Position numbers and translations under genes: made by a program. The notes under the pieces are model-generated. The model was not told the DNA's origin. It did not search any database and saw only the letters and a program-made list of their open reading frames with translations. This document shows positions 1 to 11,952 of a DNA stretch of 64,000 nt, one piece after another (positions within the stretch are counted from its first letter, which is position 1; each line of letters begins with the position of its first letter). The DNA is from an uncultured Methanosarcinales archaeon (GTDB taxonomy: Archaea; Halobacteriota; Methanosarcinia; Methanotrichales; Methanotrichaceae): positions 64,001 through 128,000 of the forward strand of contig CAWJKV010000003.1 in NCBI GenBank assembly GCA_963843555.1, given 5' to 3'.

Positions 1-436
1 CACAACTGACATGACTCGCTTTCTCCTCAGCCTGGACCAGGCCGTTGACACCATATTCAACGCTTTGCACAATGCAAATAGGGGGGAGACCTTCATACCA
101 AGGGTACCATCATCCAAGGTCGTGGATATTGCGGCCGCTTTGATAGGCGAGCGGCCAATAGAGATGGTAGTGACTGGCATTCGCCCCGGCGAAAAGGTAC
201 ACGAGATTCTCGTATCAGAAGAGGAGGGCCATCGAACTGTGGAGCGTGGGGATTACTATGCCATCTTGCCCATGCTGCCTGAACTGCGCAAATCGGAATT
301 GGAAGGTACGCCTCTTGGGCATGAGTTCAGCTCTTCTGATAATCTTATGTCCCCTGAAGAGGTGGCTGCATTGCTCAAAAGGCATGATCTGATGCTTCCG
401 ATGCGGCCAAGTCTTCAGCCGGAGCTGCTAAGATGA
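1..436 (+). CDS. C-terminal part of a polysaccharide biosynthesis UDP-GlcNAc 4,6-dehydratase (FnlA/CapE/PseB-like), truncated by the window edge
   Basis: Motifs MTRFLLSLDQAV and GIRPGEKVHEIL are typical of the Polysacc_synt_2 C-terminus. The stop overlaps the next gene (ATGA). Confidence 0.8.
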   Translation, partial: TTDMTRFLLSLDQAVDTIFNALHNANRGETFIPRVPSSKVVDIAAALIGERPIEMVVTGIRPGEKVHEILVSEEEGHRTVERGDYYAILPMLPELRKSELEGTPLGHEFSSSDNLMSPEEVAALLKRHDLMLPMRPSLQPELLR

Positions 437-1509
437 AGATCATGACTGTTCTGGGCACCAGGCCGGAGTTGATCCGTCTGAGTTGCGTGATCCCCAGACT
501 GGACAGGCTCTCTGACCATGTATTGGTTCACACGGGACAAAACTTCGATCCCAAGTTAAGCGACCTATTCTTTCAAGAGCTCAGCATCCGCCAGCCGGAT
601 CACTATCTGGGTGTGAAAGGCGCGACGATAGGCGAGCAGATAGGGAAGATACTTTGGGAGTGTGAAAAGGTCATCCAGAGAGAGCGCCCTGACAGGCTCC
701 TGATCCTTGGTGATACCAATAGCAGCCTGGCGGCAATCATTGCCAAGCGCATGGGAATTCCTGTGTTTCATATGGAAGCCGGCAATCGCTGCTTTGACGA
801 CCGGGTTCCTGAAGAGGTAAACCGACGCATAATTGACCACAGCAGCGATATCCTTATGCCTTACACTGAGCGCAGCCGCCAGAATCTCCTCCAGGAGGGC
901 ATACCAGTAGAGAGGATCTATGTAACAGGCAATCCCATCTTTGAAGTGATACAGAATTATGATTCCAAAATAAGGGAGTCCACTATTCTGGATCAACTCG
1001 GCCTGGAACCGCAGGGTTACTTCCTGGTGACCATGCACCGGGCTGAGAATGTGGATGTGGAAGAGCGGCTGCGGGGGCTCGCTCAGGCCTTTGACCTCAT
1101 GCAAAGGAAGTATGATCTGCCCGTGATCGTAAGCACTCATCCCCATACCAAGATGAGAATGGAGGCTTTCGGCATAGATGCCAAGAACGATAATATAAGG
1201 TTCCTTCCTCCATTCGGTTTCTTCGATTTCGTGACGCTGGAGCGAAATGCCTTATGCACCGTAAGCGATAGCGGTACCGTGCAGGAGGAGTGTTGCATCT
1301 TCAAGAGAGCCAATGTCACCATACGAGATGTAACGGAGAGGCCCGAGACCCTGGAATGCGGCAGCAATATCCTTAGCGGTGCGGATCCGGAAGTGGTGCT
1401 AAGGTGTATCCAGACGGTCCTGGAGGGTGTGGTTGATTGGAGGGTCCCTCCTGAGTACCTGGTTCCCCGCCCAAGCAATGCCGTGGTCAAGATTCTGATG
1501 GGATTATGA
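433..1509 (+). CDS. wecB: Non-hydrolysing UDP-N-acetylhexosamine 2-epimerase, FnlC/WbjD/CapG-like
   Basis: GTRPELIRLS, HTGQNFD, GDTNS, HMEAGNRCFD..PEEVNRR, SDSGTVQEE and TERPE motifs. Confidence 0.9.
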   Translation: MKIMTVLGTRPELIRLSCVIPRLDRLSDHVLVHTGQNFDPKLSDLFFQELSIRQPDHYLGVKGATIGEQIGKILWECEKVIQRERPDRLLILGDTNSSLAAIIAKRMGIPVFHMEAGNRCFDDRVPEEVNRRIIDHSSDILMPYTERSRQNLLQEGIPVERIYVTGNPIFEVIQNYDSKIRESTILDQLGLEPQGYFLVTMHRAENVDVEERLRGLAQAFDLMQRKYDLPVIVSTHPHTKMRMEAFGIDAKNDNIRFLPPFGFFDFVTLERNALCTVSDSGTVQEECCIFKRANVTIRDVTERPETLECGSNILSGADPEVVLRCIQTVLEGVVDWRVPPEYLVPRPSNAVVKILMGL

Positions 1510-1625
1510 GATTAGGAGTCGTTATTTGTCAAGCTTCAGATGAAACTCGGGCGACAAAAGTCTCGCCAAATCTTGGCCATTCTCGGACCAGATTGTTATA
1601 AAAGGCTTGACCAGGATTATTCTCT

Positions 1626-3074
1626 ATGAGCGAGTACGGTCTTTTTGCTCAGAGGATCGGGCTGGTTGGACTGGTCAGTCTCTTGTCCAGCCTCAGCGCT
1701 ATGGTAATGCTGCCGGTCCTCACCAAGAACATGTCTCTGTCCGATTTTGGCATTTGGACTCAGGTCAACGTCACCATGGGTCTCGTTTCTACGCTTATGC
1801 TCTTAGGGCTTCCTGATGCCCTTACGAGGTTTGCAGCCGCTGCAAAAACCCGTGCCGAGATGCAGGAGAGCTTCTGGACTATATTTACCACAATTCTAGT
1901 TTGGGGGGGCGCCTTGGCCGTGATCTTTCTCTATTTCTCCGGGACACTGGCAGGGGTTCTCTTTCATGGCGATCTTGCCGTTACTAAAATTGTGCCTATC
2001 ATCATTCTGGTCCATTCGCTAAACATTCTGCTCTCCTATTTCTTCAGGACGGTGCAGCAGATGAAAAGATACTCATTTTTTTCCTTCTTGACCCTTGTTT
2101 TGGATTTGGCCTTCATCTCTGCCCTGGTGCTGACGGGGCACGGCATTCTTGGAGCGGTATTGGCCCTTTTGATTTCCAGGACATTGCTATTCTCGGCCAT
2201 GTTTTACCTCGTAGTCTCGAACATTGGCCTCAGGATGCCGGGGTTCAAGGACATTCGTGCTTACCTGGCATTCGGCCTGCCTATTGTGCCCAGCATATTT
2301 TCCGGCTGGGTGGTAAATTCGAGCGATCGATATGTGATAAACATCCTCCTGGGAACGGCGGCCGTGGCTGTCTACTCCCCCGGCTACATACTGGGCAACA
2401 TTATTGGCATGTTCGCAGGCCCTCTCATGCTCGTCTTGCCGGTTGACCTATCCAAACATTTTGATAGAGATAGAGCGGATATGGTGGAGATCATGTTGAG
2501 CCGTTCGCTGAAGTATTACCTGGCCTTAGCTATACCATCCTTCTTTGGAGTATCTTTGCTGTCGAAGCCTATACTCTCGGTGCTTTCCACAGAGGTTATT
2601 GCCTCTCAAGGGTACCTGATAACTCCATTCATCGCGGCGAGCATGATCCTGTATGGAATCACAACCATATTATCCAATGTTCTCTCACTCCAGAGGAAAA
2701 CTGTGCAGATCGGTCTGATCTGGATGGGTGCAGCTCTCTTGAATTTGATTGCAACTGTGGCTTTGGTTCATTATTTGGGCATAATAGGTGGAGCGATGGC
2801 CACCCTTGTCGCTTTCGCTTTTGTCTTCTTGCTGGTGGCTTATATATCCTCCCGTTATATGAAGATGAGAGTGGACTATGTCTTTCTGACAAAGAGTCTG
2901 GCTGCCTCTTTGCTCATGTCCGGAGTCATCCTGGCCTGGGTACCATCCAGCCTTGTGGAAATATTTGCTGAGATCGGGATTTGTGGCATTATTTACTTTA
3001 GTACCTTATGCATCCTGGGTGGATTTGAGAGGACAGAGATAGAATTCTTAAGAAACACAATATTCAAAAAATAA
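1626..3074 (+). CDS. Oligosaccharide flippase (Wzx/MOP family)
   Basis: 482 aa, many hydrophobic TM segments, SDRYVI..LLG...VAVYS pattern, located in a glycan cluster. Confidence 0.85.
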   Translation: MSEYGLFAQRIGLVGLVSLLSSLSAMVMLPVLTKNMSLSDFGIWTQVNVTMGLVSTLMLLGLPDALTRFAAAAKTRAEMQESFWTIFTTILVWGGALAVIFLYFSGTLAGVLFHGDLAVTKIVPIIILVHSLNILLSYFFRTVQQMKRYSFFSFLTLVLDLAFISALVLTGHGILGAVLALLISRTLLFSAMFYLVVSNIGLRMPGFKDIRAYLAFGLPIVPSIFSGWVVNSSDRYVINILLGTAAVAVYSPGYILGNIIGMFAGPLMLVLPVDLSKHFDRDRADMVEIMLSRSLKYYLALAIPSFFGVSLLSKPILSVLSTEVIASQGYLITPFIAASMILYGITTILSNVLSLQRKTVQIGLIWMGAALLNLIATVALVHYLGIIGGAMATLVAFAFVFLLVAYISSRYMKMRVDYVFLTKSLAASLLMSGVILAWVPSSLVEIFAEIGICGIIYFSTLCILGGFERTEIEFLRNTIFKK

Positions 3075-3129
3075 GTATAAATATATCCATTTTAGCCACG
3101 ATACTTGCAAGGGGGTAATGGTATGTGAG

Positions 3130-4349
3130 TCACCGGGTCTGGTTTTTGGGTTTGGACTTCAAAACGCTTTTGTACACATCATAGATCATCTTCCCCACCA
3201 CAAGAGAGCTGAAGCGGCTCTTTGCGTATTTGGCAATCTCTTTCGAGTCGTATCTCCCGTAGTTATCCAGCATGTAGTCCATGGCTTTGGCCAGTCCCTC
3301 TACATCGCTCTTCTCTACCAGGATCCCACATTTATCATCGACAAATTCCTCCGGCCCTCCGCATCTGGTGGCAATCACAGGTTTGCCGCAGAGTCAGAGA
3401 CTCGGCTGCGGAGACTGAGAATGTCTCGAATTTGCTATTGATTACGGAAAAGTCGGAGCCTTGAATGAAAGTCTCTACCTCGTCTGCATCCACCATGCCG
3501 TGGAAGTAGATCATACTATTGAGGAGGCCGTAATTGCTGGCCATATCTTCGAGTTTCTTCCTGTCGTTTCCATCGCCAATGAGGTGGAGCTCGAAATCGG
3601 ACCTCTTTTGCTTCAATATCCTTATGGCCTCGATTATCCCGGATACATTCTTGACTTCATCTTTCAATAAAGATATGTGAATTATTATCTTTTTGTCACC
3701 ATGCCGGACAAGGGATCTGTCGGGACGCTCTGGGACATCCACTACATTGGGGATGACGAAGAAGTCGATTCTCTATTCCGCAGGCCTTCATGGCATCTCT
3801 CAGCTGCAGCTCACTGCCATTAATGCCAGAGCTTTATTTCCGACAGCTCTGATTAAGTATTTTCCAACGTGAAGAACGCCGATAGAAGGTGCCGTCCTCC
3901 TTTAGATATCCTGCCCAGTGCTCTGTCACTACATAAGGTATACCTCTTAAGAATTTTAGGGCCAGACCCATGAGACCCGATAAAGAATGACATTAACGTG
4001 AGCCAGATCGGGCCTACCGAACTCCTTTTCGATGATCCTGTATCCATAAGTTCAGCTCTGGAAATCAAATTCATAGATTACTATGCTGGTCATAGAAATA
4101 TTTCATCCACTCATTCTTGTATTGCTGCTTCTTTTGTATACCTTGACCTCGATGAGATTGCGTTCTCTTGTTACCTCGGCTTTCGTTTCTGTATCGCCGA
4201 TTTGACGTAAAGCACGGAATATCGCAGTATCTGGAGACTGCAATGGCATGCCTTTCTACAAAGATCCCGCTCACTGGATTCTCCTTATCGGGTACCAGCT
4301 TGCCAAGAACAGAGAATCTTCAGCCTTCAGCTTCTGACTTATCGGCCAA
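3130..4349 (-). CDS. GT4-family glycosyltransferase, with multiple frameshifts in this assembly
   Basis: Fragments in different frames: LFLASWYP/SGIFVERHA (N-term), KNVSGII..LIGDG, SKFETFSV.AAESL and IATRCGGPEEFV. Boundaries are approximate. Confidence 0.75.
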
Positions 4350-4368
4350 CGTACCGCCTCGCAAAAGG

Positions 4369-5605
4369 CTAAAGTCCGCATCGATTGAACAGCAAGCTCC
4401 TGTCCAACGTTTTGATGATTTTTCCTAAAGGCGGCGGACCATTTTGACATCTCAATTTTTGACATCTCAATGATCCTATGATGATTTGATGGCCTCAAAA
4501 GATCACTTCGGCTCGTTTGTTCCAGGTATGCTCTAGCCCTCATGCTCATCATCTTCTTGGAGATCTTCTCACGCATGGAAGGATCGTTTATGAGCTTCTC
4601 TATCTCCTGACGCTAGAGGCGACTTCGTTATAGTCAAAATAGATTATTGCCACCTTGTTTCCCAAGTCCAATGAGAGACTGACACTTGCGTGCACAGTAT
4701 CGATTTTCCAGTTCCAAGGTACTCAAAGATCTTGGTGGGCGAGCTGTAATTAATGTACCCGACACGGCAGATCATAGGGCATCACAAAGACGTCCATCTC
4801 CCTCAAGGCAGCGGGCAGATCCTTCCTGGGAATCGTTGCCCTGTTTTATAAAATTGCTTTTTTCTATAGTATTCTTCAAATCAGGAGAGATTCCATCTCC
4901 ATAAGATCCAAAAATATACAGCTTCAGAAAAGGACACCGCTGCTGCAAGCTCTCGCAGGCCTTCACCAATATATCGATGCCCCGGTTCTTCGTCAGTCCT
5001 CCAATGTAGCAGACGTTAAACCTATTTTCTGCGCTTTTGTAGGGGTCCGGAAAGAGCCGGCAGGAACTTCGTCTTCAAAGGCGTTGGGCAGAAATATTAC
5101 CCGTTTATGGCTGGATATCTTATATTTTTCTGCAAGATAACCCCACATGAAGCTGTTCAAAGCCAGGACAATGGTCGCATTTTTAAAATAATATTCTTCT
5201 TGATATTCATTTAAAGCTGATCCGCTTGAACCGACTGCCTCTCCCTGCTCAACTGTATCGTGAATATCCAGGATTACTTTTAAATCCAGCATTCTGCAAA
5301 ATCGGAAGAGCATTCGATTCTGAACGGTAGTTAAAGAGTGCGGGTAAGCAAAATAGACCAACGGCCGGTAACGAATCAGCGGCAAAGCCGATCGCAGGGC
5401 TACCGCAGTCTTTAGCACGTTGTTGTACAGTATGCCCACTAGTCCTTTTTTGGGGAGCAAATGAAAGCGGATGGCCATCACTTCCATGTCCTCAAAATTT
5501 TTCAGCTCATTTAGCAGGAAATGTATGCGCGTATATGTAGGCGAAGTATTCTCTTCCAGAGCTTTCTATCACCTCGCCGTTTACTACGGCAAAGAGCTTC
5601 GTCAT
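4369..5605 (-). CDS. Glycosyltransferase (GT4-like), with multiple frameshifts
   Basis: ATG at 5605. Fragments include VILDIHDTVEQ and VIFLPNAF, then ACESLQQRCPFLKLYIFGSYG. Boundaries are approximate. Confidence 0.65.
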
Positions 5606-6574
5606 CTAAAAAGCGCCTCTATAGACTCTATCAGGGCCTTTTCTCTTCTTGCAAGAGAGAACTAGATCCTCGATCCGTCTCCTGGCACGGGCTCCGTTGT
5701 CCGATCTCAAGGCCTCTTTGATTCCTCGGGCGGTAGCCATCTCATCCTCATAGGCGACATAGAATCCTGTATCGCCCACAACCTCGGGCAATGCTCCCTT
5801 CTCCGTAACAACAGGCACGCATTCGCAGAGCATGGCCTCGGCCAGGGACATGCCGAAGCTCTCATAGGCAGAAACCTGAACGTAGACCCGGGCCCTCTGA
5901 TACCATAAGAGCAGCTCCTGGTCAGTGACAAAACCGGTGAAGCTCACATTGGGTGATGCGATAGATCTCAGGTGGTTGATGGAATCATCCTGCTCCTTTC
6001 CGATGACAACGAATCTGGCCTCCGGCACCAGACCGGCGGACTTGACGAAAGTCTCCAACCCTTTTCTCGACAGATTGGACCGGCTCACCCCACCTACCGT
6101 TATCACCAGGTCTTCTTTCTCGCCATCTGCCTGGAAACTTTTTATATTGACGCCGTTATATATAACCAGATTTTTCTTTGGTTGAGCCCATCTCAGAACC
6201 TCTTTTTTTGTGAATTCTGAGACGGGCAGAATGAGGTCGGCATATTTCAAAGAAAAAGAAGTCATGAATCTCTTGGCCCGGGAGAGGGTGAATTGGCCGT
6301 AGTTGATCTCAGGAACGCAGGCAACATCGTAGCCGCCTGCAATCACAATGGACTTCTTGCCAAGCAGCTTTGAGAAGAGGACCGCGGCAAAAGAGTGACC
6401 GGATGCAAACCAGGAGAAAGAGACATCGCATTTCAATACTGATTCCAAAATCTTAAATATGTCCGCCGATCGCCTGTAATTAACTCTTATGACTTCAAAA
6501 TGTCGGGCCAGGATCTCTTCATCCTGCCGAACGAAAGACGAAAAATCATAATATATAAAGGCGATCTTCATCAT
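5602..6574 (-). CDS. GT4-family glycosyltransferase, frameshifted near the C-terminus
   Basis: VIYNGV, KGLETFV and SAYESFGMSLAEAMLCECVPVVT (EX7E) motifs. Confidence 0.85.
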
Positions 6575-6581
6575 TGCTATC

Positions 6582-7710
6582 CTAATCCGACGCATTCACC
6601 AGAACTCTTTCATACTTGTCGCAATATTTCTCCAGTCGTACTTCTCGGCCAGGGACCTGTATCTCTTTTCATCAAGTCTTGCGCCCAGCATTATCTTCAC
6701 CTGCGCGATGAAGCTCTCCACATCATCATAATAGTAGATCTCATCTCCCAGCAGCCTCTCCAGGGCGATCATGCGGCTGGAGAGAACCGGCCGGCCGCAG
6801 GCCAGGTAATTGAAGACCTTGCCCCCGGCTGCGTACTCGTTCTTCTTCATCATCTTCAGAGGATTGAGACCGATGTCCATGGCACTGATGTACCGGGAGA
6901 GCTCGGTGTACTTCACAGCACCTGTAAAGATAACCCTGTCTGCCACTCCCAGATCTTCCGCCATCTTCTTTATCGTGCTTCCGTAATCGGTGAATAGCCC
7001 TGGCCCCACTACGAGCAGAGTTGCATCGAGGCTCGGCATCGCCTGCACTACCGTTTCCAGGTCCACCCAGTGCTCCAGAGAGCCGACGTAGCCTAGAACC
7101 ACACCCGTCAGGCCCAGGGAGTTCTTGGCCTCCTCCATGGGCATGGGCATAAGCACCTTGGTATCCACGCCGTTGGGAATCACAGTTATGTCTTTTACTC
7201 CCAGGTCTCCTGCAAAAATTGAGATAGCTCTCTGGGTGACGGTTATGACGGAGCGGGCATGGCGGAGATTGTATCTGGTGATGGAGCTTACTACCCTTCT
7301 TGACGATCTCTCCCAAGGCCGATCCGGGATAGTAGATAGATGCCGATTCTTCCAGGTGATCCAGATAGTCGAAGACCACAGGAACGCCTGCGAAGTTGGC
7401 GGCAAAGGAAGGCAGAATGTTGGTGGAGAGGATGACGTCTATATTCAGGCTCTTCGCCACATTCCTGATCTTCCACAAGTGGTATGGAAAGTTCAAAAGA
7501 TAATAAGAGCGACGGATCATCGAATGCGATCCAGCTCGCGTCTACAAGGCGGCACTTCGTCGTTCTGGCCTCCAGATTCCGGAACCTCTTCAAGCCGAAG
7601 TGCAGTACATATACATCGTGCTCTTCTGCCAGAGTGTCGAAGATGAAGTTGAGCCGGTTGGGAACAGGATGTCTTATCCAGTCCGTAGTCGGTATTACCA
7701 GTATCTTCAT
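6582..7710 (-). CDS. GT4-family glycosyltransferase, frameshifted
   Basis: Starts MKILVIPTTDW; contains VIPNGVD, GYVGSLEHW and KVFNYLACGRPV, spread over three ORF frames. Confidence 0.8.
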
Positions 7711-7896
7711 CTTACCTTTTATCTCGCCTGAATGCATTGTCTCGCCCTGGGGTTATTCGGGCTTCTATAAAAACTTGGGCTTTTTTGATATGCTTATCCG
7801 GTCTTTAGTATGCTCCTTTCATATTTTTTATGAATCCTTGACCGAAAAGATATAAAGCATAGTTCGTTCCATGTATTTGTTTAAGTTATCCTGGCT

Positions 7897-9099
7897 GTGA
7901 TAGATTTGAAGGGAGTCATATTGGCGGCAGGAGAAGGCCGCAGGTGCAGGCCGCTTACCCAGACCAGATCCAAGGTCATGCTGCCCGTAGGTAACCGGCC
8001 TTTCATGGAACATGTCATCCTGGCGTTGGCCGCAAATGGCATTCGAGACCTCTTACGTGGTGGTAGGCTACCAGAAAGAGAGGGTCATGGACCACTTCGA
8101 GGATGGGATCGATTTTGGCGTAAATATCACTTACATCGAGCAGAATGAGCTCCTGGGAACGGCTCATGCCCTGCGCAAAGCTGAGCCATACGTAGATGAG
8201 GAGTTTCTGGTGGTCAATGGAGACAACCTTATAGACAGCAGGGCGATCAAGGAGCTGATCTCGGCGAAGGGAGATAACGTGATCTTAGCCGCTCTTCGCC
8301 AGCACACGGGCGACTATGGTGTTCTGATGGTGGAGCAGCAGCGGGTAAAGGCAATAATCGAGAAGCCGGGAGGCCTTGCGGAGGAATCCTCAATACAGGA
8401 GCCTATAAATTCAGCCCGGCCATCTTCGAAGATCTCTCCAGAACGCCCATCTCAGAGACGCGGTTCTTATGAGCTCACCGAAACCATATCGCAGATGATC
8501 AAAGACGGCAAGGAGATTGTGCCCTTGATCAGCAAGGGCATATGGGCGGATGCCATATTTGCCTGGGATCTGCTCAATGCCAACAGCCTGGCTTTGAGCA
8601 TAAAAGACACGAAGATCTCGGGTGAGGTCGAAGAAGGTGCCAGATTGCAAGGGTCCCGGTGGAGGTCGGAGAGGGCAGCATTGTTCGCTCCGGATCTTAT
8701 CTGGTGGGCCCGGTCTCCATCGGCGAGGACTGCGATATCGGTCCCAACGCCGTCATCCTTCCGTCCACATCTGTGGGGGACTCGGCAAGGATTGGCGGCA
8801 ATTCCGAGATTCGCAACAGCATAATCATGAACGACACCAGGATCGGCTCAGGAACTATCATATCCGATTCGGTCATTGGAGCAAGCTGCACTCTTGGCGA
8901 CCAACTGGTCGTCGAGACGGGTGCCTCTGTGGTGGAGGTGGAGAAAGCCTTCCAGAGAGCAGAGTTCGGCGCTATCTTTGCCGATGATGTATCGGCAGGG
9001 CAAGAGTCCTGGCAAGTCCGGGAACGGTGGTGGGCACGGGCGCGCAGATCGGCTCAGGAGCCGCGATTCGCGGCTGGATCGATCGAGAGAGCAGGGTGA
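7897..9099 (+). CDS. glmU: Archaeal GlmU-like bifunctional sugar-1-phosphate nucleotidylyltransferase/acetyltransferase, frameshifted
   Basis: [31 protein letters not shown] and hexapeptide repeats ([10 protein letters not shown]). Lies directly upstream of glmS. Confidence 0.8.
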
Positions 9100-9106
9100 T
9101 TTGCTA

Positions 9107-10919
9107 ATGTGCGGAATAGTGGCATACATCGGCGACGAATTGGCGGGTCCCATACTCTTTGATACGCTGAAAAGGCTGGAGTATAGGGGTTACGATTCGG
9201 CAGGCATAGCTGTCAAATCCGGTGGGGAGATTGAGGTTCTCAAGTCCGCCGGCCGGATAGCTGATCTGGAAAAGGTCTACAAGAGCCTTGGTTCCCCTGG
9301 AGAGTGCATGGGCATAGGCCATACCCGCTGGGCGACGCACGGCCGGCCAAGCGACCTAAATGCCCATCCTCATACCTCGGGCGAGATCGCCATCGTTCAT
9401 AACGGCATCATTGAGAACTATCTGGATCTGAGAGAACTGCTGACCGAGATGGGGTATGAGTTTCAGTCGGAAACGGACAGCGAGGTTCTGGCACATCTCA
9501 TCCACTTTTATTACCGAGGAGATCTCTATCTGGCCGTCTGCACAGGCCCTGGAGAAGGTGGAAGGCTCCTATGCCGTGGCAGTGCTGGCAGCCAGCTCGC
9601 CCTATCTGGTCTGTGCCCGAAAAGAGAGCCCTCTGGTGCTGGGCAAGGGGGAAGACGCGGTCTATGTGGCATCCGATGTTCCTGCGCTTCTTCCTTACAC
9701 CGAAGATGTGATGCGCATGAAGGATGGACGAGATGGCTCGCCTTTATGCGGATCGGGTAGAGCTGATGGATCATGAAGGCTGTGCTCGCACGGCTGATAT
9801 CGAGCACATCACCTGGGATGCCGATGCCGCGGAGAAGGGTGGCTACGCCCACTTCATGCTCAAGGAGATCCATGAGCAGCCGCGGGCCATTCGCGAGACC
9901 ATCGCCGGCCGGATCTCGGAGATAGATGGCGACGTGCGGCTTGATTTGGGAATGAGCGACGAGGAGATTCAGGGGCTGGAGAGGGTGATCATCATCGCCT
10001 GCGGCACATCATACCATGCCGGATTGCTGGCGCGCTACCTCTTTCCTCGTGCGGCAGGCCTGCCTGTTGATGTGGAGGTGGCCAGTCCGAGTTCCAGAAT
10101 CTGTCCGTCCGGCCGCAGGACTTTGGTCGTGGGCATCACCCAGTCTGGAGAGACCGCCGATACCTTGCTCTGCCCTGAAGAAGGCCAAGACCTGCGGCGG
10201 GCGCAGCCTGGCTATTACCAACGTCGTCGGATCAACGGTGACGGAGCTGGTGGATGGCACCATCTATACTCGCTGCGGGCCGGAGATCGGTGTGGCTGCG
10301 ACCAAGACCTTCACATCTCAAGTGGTGGCGATCATTCTGCTGGCCGTACGCCTGGGCCGGGCCCGCGGCCATCTGACGCCGGATCAGGCCAGGAAGATGC
10401 TCATTGAACTGACCAAGCTTCCGGGACTGGTGCAGAGGGTCCTGGAGAAGAGGGAAGGGATCGAGAAGATCGCCGAGCAGTTTGCGGGATGCCAGCTGCT
10501 ACTTCTTCATCGGTCGGGACTACCTTTATCCCATCTCCCTGGAAGGCGCTCTGAAGATGAAGGAGATCGCCTACATTCCCTGCGAGGGCTATGCAGGCGG
10601 CGAGCTGAAGCACGGGCCACTGGCGTTGATAACGGACAAGACGCCAGTGGTGGCCCTGGCCACCTGCGGCGAGAAGATCCAGTCCAATATCAAAGAGGTC
10701 AGAGCCCGGGGAGCAGAGGTCATAGCTCGTGGCCACAGAGGGCGACGCGGATATCGGCAAGGTGGCCAAGCAGGTGATCGAGGTGCCCGGACTATGCCCA
10801 TCTTCTCAGCCGTTCTCTGCACGGTGGTGGTTCAGCTTCTGGCTTATTATACGGCCAACAAGCTCGGCCTGCCCATCGATAAGCCCAGGAACCTGGCCAA
10901 GTGCGTGACTGTGGAGTGA
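9107..10919 (+). CDS. glmS: Glutamine--fructose-6-phosphate aminotransferase, frameshifted
   Basis: MCGIV start, [45 protein letters not shown] and the C-terminal [11 protein letters not shown]. Confidence 0.95.
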
Positions 10920-10947
10920 AGGGCTCTGCTAACCTTTTGGATGCAAC

Positions 10948-11943
10948 TCAGAGGCTCTCGTAAACCTCTCGGATGATCTTATCGTTCATCTCCCAGAACC
11001 TGTAATCCTCCGGGACCAGCCGCTCGGGCTCTCGCATGAGATTTTCACGTACCGCATTGACAAGTTCTCTTGCCCTCACAACCACCAGGTTCTTTCTTTT
11101 CTCCTCCATGGTCACGCCTGAGGCTACCACAATCTTTCCCAGTGCCAGGTACTCATTGAGCTTCCAGACGCTCTTGTCTGTGGAGTAGGGCGTGAGGGCG
11201 TTTTCTTCCCTGGGTATCAGGCAGAGACGGGCCTTATTCAGCAGAGCTGCTATACTCTCATGGGGCTGCCAGCCCAAATTCTTCACATTATCGGGCTTTC
11301 TCCAGAGATACCACCTGGCAAGAGGCCCACCACCAACTATCCAGAACTCCTGGTCGGGTATGGAACGCGCCACATCCAAGAGCTTTCCAATTCCCTCCTG
11401 GGTGCAGATCCTTCCTATGAAGATTATCGGCTCTCTTCCGGGTGTAACCGCCCATTCCGGACTATCAAGCTCCAGGGACCCTTTGGCAAAGGAGCTATAA
11501 GGATAGTTGGGAATAACGTGCACCTCTTTTTCAGGCGCATATTCTTGCACCTTCCTGCCTAAAGGCGCATTTACCGTGGTGATGATGTCAGCGTTCTTTG
11601 CCAGTTCTTTCTCGAAATGCTCCGCGAATATCATGCCTGGTTTGCCGAAGGTTTGCGCAAACTCGACGCCCCAGGGCGACCTGTAGTCATAGATGAGCTT
11701 TCTGAAGCCTTCCCCCCTCAGACCTGCGAAGCCGTGATAGATCGCATCCGGTACATTGAAGATGTGAACTACATCAGGTTTTTTCTCTCTGGCGATCTTT
11801 TTCGCCATCCCCGCAATTTTGATCCAATTTTTGGTGCCAAAGTTGGGAATTATCACTTCATGTCCCTGGGACTTCAGAGTGCCTCCGAACATCTTCAGCC
11901 GCGTGGTTCTTTCTGGCTGATTGGCTAAAAGAAGTATCCTCAT
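10948..11943 (-). CDS. Glycosyltransferase (GT-B fold)
   Basis: 331 aa with IYDYRSPW, HVIPNY, IFIGRI and KLNEYLALGKIVV. Last gene of the nucleotide-sugar operon. Confidence 0.75.
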   Translation of the reverse strand: MRILLLANQPERTTRLKMFGGTLKSQGHEVIIPNFGTKNWIKIAGMAKKIAREKKPDVVHIFNVPDAIYHGFAGLRGEGFRKLIYDYRSPWGVEFAQTFGKPGMIFAEHFEKELAKNADIITTVNAPLGRKVQEYAPEKEVHVIPNYPYSSFAKGSLELDSPEWAVTPGREPIIFIGRICTQEGIGKLLDVARSIPDQEFWIVGGGPLARWYLWRKPDNVKNLGWQPHESIAALLNKARLCLIPREENALTPYSTDKSVWKLNEYLALGKIVVASGVTMEEKRKNLVVVRARELVNAVRENLMREPERLVPEDYRFWEMNDKIIREVYESL

Positions 11944-11952
11944 GATTTCACT

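Noticed and set aside
8876..9760. GlmU-GlmS fusion, and N-terminal extensions of atpD, ahbA, lsm and AOR suggested by the ORF track
   Set aside because: The extensions are alternative-frame read-through of upstream genes or UTRs. Canonical starts (MCGIV, MAVIRG, MDEID, MGQRP, MLRKV) lie downstream.
9107..10919. Programmed frameshifting or true pseudogenisation of glmS and other split genes
   Set aside because: There are several indels per gene at non-slippery sites across unrelated core genes, so sequencing error is more parsimonious.
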